A stretch of DNA of 58,935 nt, the filler included, from Catajapyx aquilonaris (Eukaryota), in the NCBI GenBank assembly GCA_000934665.2. It is 4 parts of 4 records of this genome, joined end to end, with 100 filler letters (N's around TTAATTAATTAA, not from the genome) between each part and the next. Parts side by side here need not be neighbours in the genome. Positions count along the whole stretch, not along the records: positions 44,444 to 58,935 come from JYFJ02007787.1; 3 more parts are not named here. The stretch is one strand, 5' to 3'. This document shows positions 51,598 through 58,935 of this stretch, one piece after another. The notes under the pieces are model-generated. The model saw only the letters and a program-made list of their open reading frames with translations, had not been told where the DNA came from and made no database searches. Both the position numbers and the translations under genes were made by a program. Every line of letters starts with the position of its first letter. Position 1 is the first letter of the stretch.

Positions 51598-52430
51598 ATA
51601 ATAATTATTAGAAAACGGCGCGCGTGCGGGACACGGTGTGGGAGATATATTAGGAGGCCGAGCATGCGCCTGGTGTCACGGCCAATGAATGGCGACGATT
51701 AAGGCCACAATTCTCCCACCCTTTCCCTCATACCCTCCTTGCGACGTCCATTTTCCACTTTGTATCAGCCAAACGGCTACCACATCTACAATAACCAATG
51801 TTACCAATCAAGCACAGGGCTCCCAACTCCGGCAGTTACAATGTGTGCAGTAGTGTACATACACATCTACAACTGCAGAGCACAGCACTACATGACAAAG
51901 ACCAACAGACGACGGACGGCTCCAAAGAGGGATATTATTATCGCCTTAACTCTGATATACACTCGTGTCTTTTTGTGCAGGCATGCCTGATGGGTTCGGA
52001 GAATAATTCTCTGAACCCATTACAGAATTCGTTAAAGGTGAATATTAGTTAACCGACCTCTTAACTATCTCTCCTTTCCATTGGCAAATGAAGTGCCTCT
52101 GTTCCAATGACTTGTAGTAGTTTGATATTGATTCTATTAACAGTATCGTTACAATCATGAGGACAGGATAAGTTCCACAAAACTAATCACAAGGGGGTTA
52201 TCACTCGACAGAAAAGTGTACACTGGAGTACCAAATTCAAGGAGTACCAAGGAGTAATAACGAGTGAGGTACCTGAGGAGTACCAGGGAGTACCACTCGC
52301 AGGTGTACACCGGAGTACCGCAGTGATTACCCCCTTGACTAATCAGGATAGATTTTTTTCCAAGTGATATTATGCTAGGGTACAACATCAAAAAAAGTTA
52401 TCCCATGTCTAATGCAGCTGTGCATAAATA

Positions 52431-53334
52431 CGAGGGGGGTACCAAAATGATTTACAATTATTTTTTTTTGCCACAGATACACGCCCATACAGGTCGAAAA
52501 ATAGGCACACCGCACACATTATAAATAGAATCCTCCTGGAGACGAATGAACTGGCACTGGTCAACCTCTCCAGGCCCGCCAGGAACCACTTTTTGGTGGA
52601 GCACCGACTTCCGGACAACTCTTCACAGTCATCAATGTCCTCGAAATAGCAACGGCGAAGGGACTTTTTAAATATATTAGAACAGATGAAAGTCACGGGA
52701 GGCGGGGGNNGGGGGGGGGGGGATGGTGGTCTAGTGGCTATTCTACTGGTCAGCCAAGCGGGAGGTCCGGGGTTCAAATCCCGTCCGCGTCAGGCAGTCA
52801 CCTTCGCTTGGTCGGGTCTTTTTCAGCTTTTCACCCGACATGTCAGGGCAGAATTGCACTCCCTTCTCTGTCCATGACCAAGAGAAAAGCTCAGGCAGGC
52901 CTATATTTAAGAGGGCCAGACTACTTAAGAACGTCCTCCCTTGGGAACCTCCCCCCTCCCCCTAAGAGGGCCCCTGGCCCTATCACGGGGTATTACAAAC
53001 AAACAAAGTCACTGGAGGCCAGGCCAGGGGAGTACGGTGGGTGTGGAAGCACTCAAAGTAAGATCCATGAAAAAATCCCTTCGCCGACGCCATTTTGAGG
53101 ACATTGTTCAGATTGTTGATAGCTAGGTGGTGACTGAGCAGTTGTCCGGTAGTAGGTGCGTCGCACCTCCAAAATGTGGTTCCTGGGGGGCCTGGAGAGG
53201 TTGCCATATCAATGTCTCCTGTGCATTTGGCTCCGGGAGGGTTATGTCGATAGCGTGGGTCTATTTGTCGACCTTCATGGTCCCTGTATTTTCGGCAAAA
53301 AAATGAATAGTAAATCATTTTGGTACGGCCCTCG
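52431..53334. mobile_element. Mariner-derived fold-back built from two inverted 3' ends
   Basis: TA|CGAGGG...CCCTCG|TA. Arms 52431-52670 and 53072-53334 translate to degenerate mariner C-termini (KKSLRRRHFED...WFLGGLERL..CL.C....GYVD). Confidence 0.8.
52704..53004 (+). mobile_element. tRNA-derived SINE, family C, inserted in the mariner fold-back
   Basis: TGGTCTAGTGG A box, GGTTCAAATCC B box, (CAAA)n tail, 15-bp TSD AAAGTCAC[G/T]GGAGGC (52689-52703, 53005-53019). Confidence 0.8.
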
Positions 53335-53667
53335 TATATTTAAATTTTTGTTTTCTTTTCAACCACTTGCATAACCCTCTTTCTCATTATTTCATTGGCG
53401 TATTATTGAGCGAACTGTCATCTGTTGGCCTTTGTCATGCTGTGATTTTTCTCTCTCTGTACGACTGTACTGCAATTTCCTCCATTGTGCGACCTCCCTT
53501 CCTGGCAATATTGTCTTGCTGCCTTTTCACAATTCCATCAGTTGGTTGTTTGGCTGATTAGGGGAGTAAAAAGCCTCTAAATCCAAGATTATCTGGGGAG
53601 GGTAAGATGGGTAGGGAGGTGTGGAGGTAGGAGCGAGGTGTGGAGGTGTGACATACAGCTTATATAG

Positions 53668-53895
53668 CAGTGGTTCCAACCTTTTTCGGGTCGCGACGCC
53701 CTTTTGTGATAGTCAAGTAACCTGCGACCCCCCCCCCCCTTCCCCGAGTGTTAGCAGGTGTTGAAAAAACCTTCCAGATGAAATTTCCTATAAAAATTTT
53801 GTGTGTTTTTTTGCAATCGTTTAATTTATAAAAATTACCGCGGCCACGTGCGACCCCCGGAAAAGGCTTCGCGACCCCCAGGTTGGGAACCGCTG
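53668..53895. mobile_element. hAT (Buster/Charlie-like) MITE
   Basis: TIRs CAGTGGTTCCAACC/GGTTGGGAACCGCTG, GCGACCCC subterminal repeats, imperfect 8-bp TSD (TTATATAG/TCTTATAG). Confidence 0.75.
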
Positions 53896-53911
53896 TCTTA
53901 TAGGGATATAA

Positions 53912-54106
53912 GCTATATACCTACATATAAAAGGAAAATGTTGGTTGTTTGTTTGTCCCGTTCCCCCCACTGCCCGCCCCCTGCACCATATTACCGGGGT
54001 GCCGGGTTACCATAAAACGTAGCAACGCGTTACCATCGCAACTCTTCTATCATTCATTCATATATTAATTCTTCAATTCCCGTGCGAAGAACGGGCATTC
54101 TGCTAG
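53912..54106 (+). mobile_element. Short non-autonomous Helitron
   Basis: 5' CTATAT..CTACATATAAAAGGAAAATG(TTTG)n; 3' CCCGTGCGAAGAACGGG hairpin + CTAG|T. Confidence 0.65.
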
Positions 54107-54108
54107 TA

Positions 54109-55370
54109 CAGTGCCCGACATAATTGCAGTCCCTAAATGTAATCAACGGCGTTGGCGTTACCTGTCAACCGCGCCGTCGCGTCGAGGGCGTGTTCGCACG
54201 TCAAGGCGTGGAGGTCGCTTAGTGTTATTCTTTCTATTGTTGCCACTGTTTACCCAGAGAGTGACTGACGCGGTTGACCCAGAGAGTGACTGACGCGGTT
54301 GACCCAGCGACGGGTCTCTGCCTGCTTACACACTAGCAGGGATATGCAGAAAAAAAGGGGGAAATGATGATGTCCGTGTACGTTAGAAGGAAGCCACTTT
54401 GGGAAAATGTTCCATGCTGGACTCGAAGAAAGATTTTCCTCCACAGCACACGAAATATATTCCATCCCGCGTAATTCGACACCGCTAAGACGAATGGCGA
54501 CCATGCTTCGTATGTCGCACACGTAATTTGGCCTCTATGACGTCATATATCAAAATGGCCGCCCCATACATGTACAGTCGGTTAAAGGAGTATGTCACCA
54601 GACCCCTAACCTAGAAATTAGCCTCCAACAGAGGTGCTGCCTAGGGGAGTGAGATTTATTGTATCAGGGGGAAGAACAGAGGTGCTGCTTCCCCCTGATA
54701 CAATAAATCTCACTCCCCTAGGCAGCACCTCTGTTGGAGGCTAATTTCTAGGTTAAAGGTCTGGTAACATACTCCTTTAGCCGACTGTACCGTGTTAGTC
54801 CTGTACCTCCCCTTGGCACAAATATGATGCGAATGGCACGTAGCCCTTATGGGGCGCCCATTTTGAAATATGGCGTCATAGGGGCCAAATTACGTGTGCG
54901 ACATACGAGGCATGGTCGCCATTCGTCTTAGCGGTGTCGAATTACGCGGAAAAGACACTTGAACGGAAAGAATCCGTCAGTAGTTGGCGCACTTTGAATT
55001 ATAGCACACCCTTGATCTTAATTATTGACACCCCCTCCTCAGGGATGGAATATATTTCGTGTGGTGTGGACGAAAACCTTTCTTCGAGTCTAGTAGGGAA
55101 CATTTGACCAAAGTGGCTTGCTTCTAACATCATCATTTTCCCGTTTTATTTCTGCGTATCCCTGCTAGTGTGTAAGCAGGCAGAGACCCGCGTCGCTGGG
55201 TCAACCACATCACTCACTCTTTGTGAACAGTGGCAACCATAGAAAGAATAATAACACTAAGCGACCTTCATGTCATGATGTCCGTACACACCCTCGACGC
55301 GACGGCGCGGTTGCCAGGTGACGCCAACGCAGTTGTTGACATTTAGGGACTGAAATTATGTCGGGCACTG
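54109..55370. mobile_element. 1.26-kb fold-back element with a nested 213-bp hairpin MITE (54575-54787)
   Basis: TA|CAGTGCCCGACATAATT...AATTATGTCGGGCACTG|TA with ~450-bp arms. Inner element TA|CAGTCGG...CCGACTG|TA has ~100-bp near-perfect arms. Confidence 0.9.
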
Positions 55371-55390
55371 TACATAGCTAAATAATTATA

Positions 55391-55737
55391 CAGGAAGTCC
55401 CCGGTCTACGAACGGGGTTACGTTCCTGAAAATATCCATAAGTCGGATTAATTTTGTACGTAACTAGGATCCCTGAGGAACATCGGCGCATATACACAGC
55501 GTAAAGATTCTGCTCCAACGAACCACTAACGTCATGTGTGTCTGTTTACAAGCACGGTAGAACGTAGTTTCCCAATTATTTATTATTATACATTATTTAT
55601 GTTTAACTTGGTGTCGGTCAGCGTACGCAGAAGTGATTAAAATGGGAAGAATAATTATTATAATTAAATTTTCCTTCCGTGGAGGCTTGGGTTCGCAAGT
55701 ACGGATCATCGTAAGTCGGGTCGTTCGTATAAACCTG
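55391..55737. mobile_element. Tigger/pogo-type MITE
   Basis: TA|CAGGAAGTCCCCGGTCTACGAAC...CGTAAGTCGGGTCGTTCGTA...CCTG|TA. Confidence 0.6.
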
Positions 55738-55850
55738 TATTTTGCTACTAAACACTGCCAACCGCTGATTTTCACGACGTCAACATATACTGTAACAATA
55801 TATGAACAAGCCCATAATATAGCTGGCCAAACGGATGTGTCCTTGATGTA

Positions 55851-56012
55851 CAGTGTTGGACATTAATCGCGTCATACTACTAGCGACATTTTCCGAAGCG
55901 GCAGAAGAACGAATCTTGCTCGCACGGCTTGCACTATCCATTGCTTCGATTTGTTCTTCTGCCGCTTCGGAAAATGTCGCTAGCAGTATGACGCGATTAA
56001 TGTCCAACCCTG
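55851..56012. mobile_element. Palindromic MITE, family H, copy 2
   Basis: TA TSD; shares CTAGCGACATTTTCC(C)GAAGCGGCAGAAGAA arms with 32145-32306. Confidence 0.85.
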
Positions 56013-56334
56013 TACCCAGTGTACCGGGCACCGGCATATTTGCTCTGAACCAATGGATACCAGCATCGGACTTGTCCACCGAAGCCTTGCAGAGCGGGAA
56101 GAGCATGAAACTCTGCATATATTTCCACTCAAGGCCCATTCGCACAGCAACTTGTTTCTCCCAAGTGAGCTTCGCCAGTTTGTTTCTGGTTGGTAATCAC
56201 TTGTTAAAACGAGCACCTGAAATCTTCTTGCGAAACAGAAGTGGCTGGGTGAGTGGGCATTCACCCTTTCTTCCTTTTCCCTTCCTATATGAGACACAAA
56301 TGACAATCATGCCCCATACTATCGAATGCTTATT

Positions 56335-56382
<48 letters not shown>

Positions 56383-57144
56383 TTGTCATTCTGTCTATGG
56401 GGTCTTGAGATTCCTTGTGCCATCAGTGGTGAATTCTCTGACAAAAATCTCACCAATTCAGATGGATACCTAGATTTAACAAAGATATACGTTCCGGATA
56501 AAACGGTACCTATTATTGGCGTTTGGGGAAAGGGGACGATAACTGTCGCATTATATACAGTGCAGGGCAGTAATTCATCCAGCCGGAGTGACCAGACCCA
56601 TTTCCAGGGCTGGAAATACAGGTTTTTCTTTCACACACCCCAGATTGTCGTGTTGCGCAATTCCTCCAATCCGCTGCGCCACTCATTTCTATGCTAATTT
56701 TGTGTTTACACCCCACCAACTTTCCTCATATAATACAAATATTTTTTTCACAATAGCATGCTCTAAATTGCCGAAATAGTTGTAGTAATTCGATATGTCA
56801 GGGTGCTACCCTCAGCGTGCCTGATATACAAGCAGTCTGATTACGTCTTCCTTTTATCAAGGACACGATACCGACCTCGAATCTCTCTCTCTCTCCCCCC
56901 CCCTCTCTCCCTCCCCCTTCATTCTCCATCTGTAGACATGTAAAAAAATCTACACACGGCAATAATTAATAACACCCCGGGCTTTTGAGAAAAGGCTCTT
57001 AAGACTTTCATTGATAACAAATTAATAATTGTTCGCGCTACTTTTTTTTTTGAATATATTACACTGTTTGTTTTTCCTTTTCCCCTGTCAAAGTGATATA
57101 TGCGTCTGTTGACATTTCTTCGGGTAATTCAGTATTGTTACCTG

Positions 57145-57186
<42 letters not shown>

Positions 57187-57629
57187 CGTCGTCGTGTGGT
57201 CGTCGCCGTCATCCGCGATTATGTACAGATTTAAAAACATTTAGGGCTGCAAAATGAACGCCCGCCAGGAAAGTTGCAGCCGCCAAAGTGTTTACGTTAC
57301 CTGGGTTACCTGCGGTTTGCGGGAGGGAGCGAAAACGAACACCCTTGCAGGCTGCAAGTCGCCCTGCAGATTGCCGACTTGCAGCCACAAGTTGCAGGCA
57401 GGTTGAGGGGTCCCGCAAGTGACTTGCAGTCGGTTTTGTAGTGGGGAAATCTTCTCTTGGACACTATACTGATCACTTTTGGTCCGGGTACATTTTCGGC
57501 GGGAGAGTTCTGAGCGACCACGGAAGTGTCTTCCAACGCCCCACGCAGTTTCTTCGTCGGGGGGTACCTTTACTACGACGGTATACCAAATTTGGTGATA
57601 AGAAAAGTGACCCACGAACTTGCAACACC

Positions 57630-58210
57630 CTGTATAGCTAATGTAATGTAATAGTATGGCTGATATAACCAATGTAGCTAGTATGATTGCTATATTGGTT
57701 ATAGCCAGTACGATGGATACACAGGGTGTTCGAAATTCGTGGCTCGTTTTTATAACTGATATCGCCAGATATTAGTTATTATTTGTGGCTTGTTGTGCCC
57801 CTAACCAGATGGCCCATTCTATAGCAACTCGACCCCCAGGGAGTAAAATGGAGCACAACAAGCCACAAAAATAACTACTATTGGGCGATATCAGTTATAA
57901 AAACCTACCCACGAATTTCGAATACCCTGTAGGTCTATAACCAATAAACCTGTATGACAATATAACTGAGTTATATTGGTTATATGGTTATTATGGTATG
58001 TATATGTTACGCACATTGGTTATAACTTGTATGATGTAACCAATGTAACCAGTATGTCTGATATAACCATTATAACAACAGTAGTATGACAGTTATGTTA
58101 GTTATAACTAATATGACTGATATAACCAATGTAACTATGGTAGTATGATAGTAATATTGGTTATAACTAGTATGTGTGATGTAACCAATATAACTACTAT
58201 GGAACAACTG
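57630..58210. repeat. Degenerate minisatellite (TATAACCAATGTAACTAGTATGA-like, both orientations) interrupted by a palindromic MITE at 57722-57929
   Basis: Repeated TATAACCAAT/ATTGGTTATA units; MITE CAGGGTGTTCGAAATTCGTGG...CCACGAATTTCGAATACCCTG|TA. Confidence 0.75.
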
Positions 58211-58549
58211 ATATCACAATGCAGTTTCGCACCAAATGTCAAGCAAAAAAATCTGGAGCTTGTTCCTATCTGTTATTATAGCTACCTCTAAATATACCGT
58301 CTGCCTAAATAGCCGCGTTAAAACTCGCGGCCCGGGTCTACAGTAAATAATCCTATATTGTTATAACTAGGTGAGACCAAATTTTATCAAAATATTGTGC
58401 TTTATCTTTGACTGGACGATTGACAATGGATGAAGATGAAAAATTGTGACCATGTACAATTGTACATTATTGGGCTGTCATTGGATGGCGGGCGGCTCTG
58501 GACCATAATATATTCTGTGAGAAAGATATATTTTGAAAGATATATGAAT

Positions 58550-58598
58550 GTATGATGATGGTGATGGTGGTGGTGGTGGTGGTGGTGGTGGTGGTGGT
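58550..58598. repeat. (GAT)/(GGT)n microsatellite; others are (TTA)n at 56335-56382 and (AAC)n at 57146-57185
   Basis: Read directly. Confidence 0.9.
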
Positions 58599-58935
58599 GT
58601 TACACTGAACACCTATCCCTATAATGCTTACATCAAGTCAAGGTGGGGTGGAGGGCCCAGGGAGGGCCCATATTCAAAGCTGAAAGATCAGTATTATGAA
58701 GAATGCTACAGAGATTCTGCAGGTTCAGATAGCCACATTTAGAGCTTCTCTCTCACACTCCAGCATGTCCCCCGAGACGATGGACCTGCACCGAACAGTA
58801 GTTAGTTATGGTTTAAAGTCTACCGCAAAAAATAATGATAATTATTTTAGCAAAATAAACCGCAATTGTAGGCATAAAACTACCCGCGTCCATGCAGCCC
58901 GCCGTATTTATGCGGCAGGCAGGGGAGGTGAACAT

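Noticed and set aside
55780..56145. Overlapping ORFs on both strands with the same peptide (LDINRVILLATFSEAAEE)
   Set aside because: Artefact of the palindromic MITE at 55851-56012

Overview
Eukaryotic (arthropod-like, probably insect) genomic DNA, about 40% GC, with spliceosomal introns. It consists of four contigs (1-15332, 15433-29833, 29934-44343, 44444-58935) joined by identical artificial 100-bp spacers (44N-TTAATTAATTAA-44N), so adjacency across gaps is not reliable. Gene models were rebuilt by hand from splice signals and reading frame. They are: a first coding exon of a probable class-V aminotransferase/cysteine-desulfurase-like gene (-), complete RIB43A/RIBC (+, 6 exons), complete HDAC11 (-, 5 exons), the last three exons of SREBP (-), a spliced THAP domain from a DNA transposon (-), a two-exon COX8 not visible in the ORF track (+), and an 8-exon secreted pancreatic-lipase-family gene (+). 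The 30.3-37.5 kb region is a locally duplicated and shuffled patch of small orphan membrane-protein ORFs plus degenerate LRR and ankyrin ORFs. The rest is dense in short repeats: fold-back MITEs (often nested), hAT/Tigger/mariner/Helitron derivatives and tRNA-derived SINEs, including one SINE family with a constant head and three different 3' tails. No prokaryotic systems such as CRISPR are present. All family assignments come from motif recognition, not database searches.
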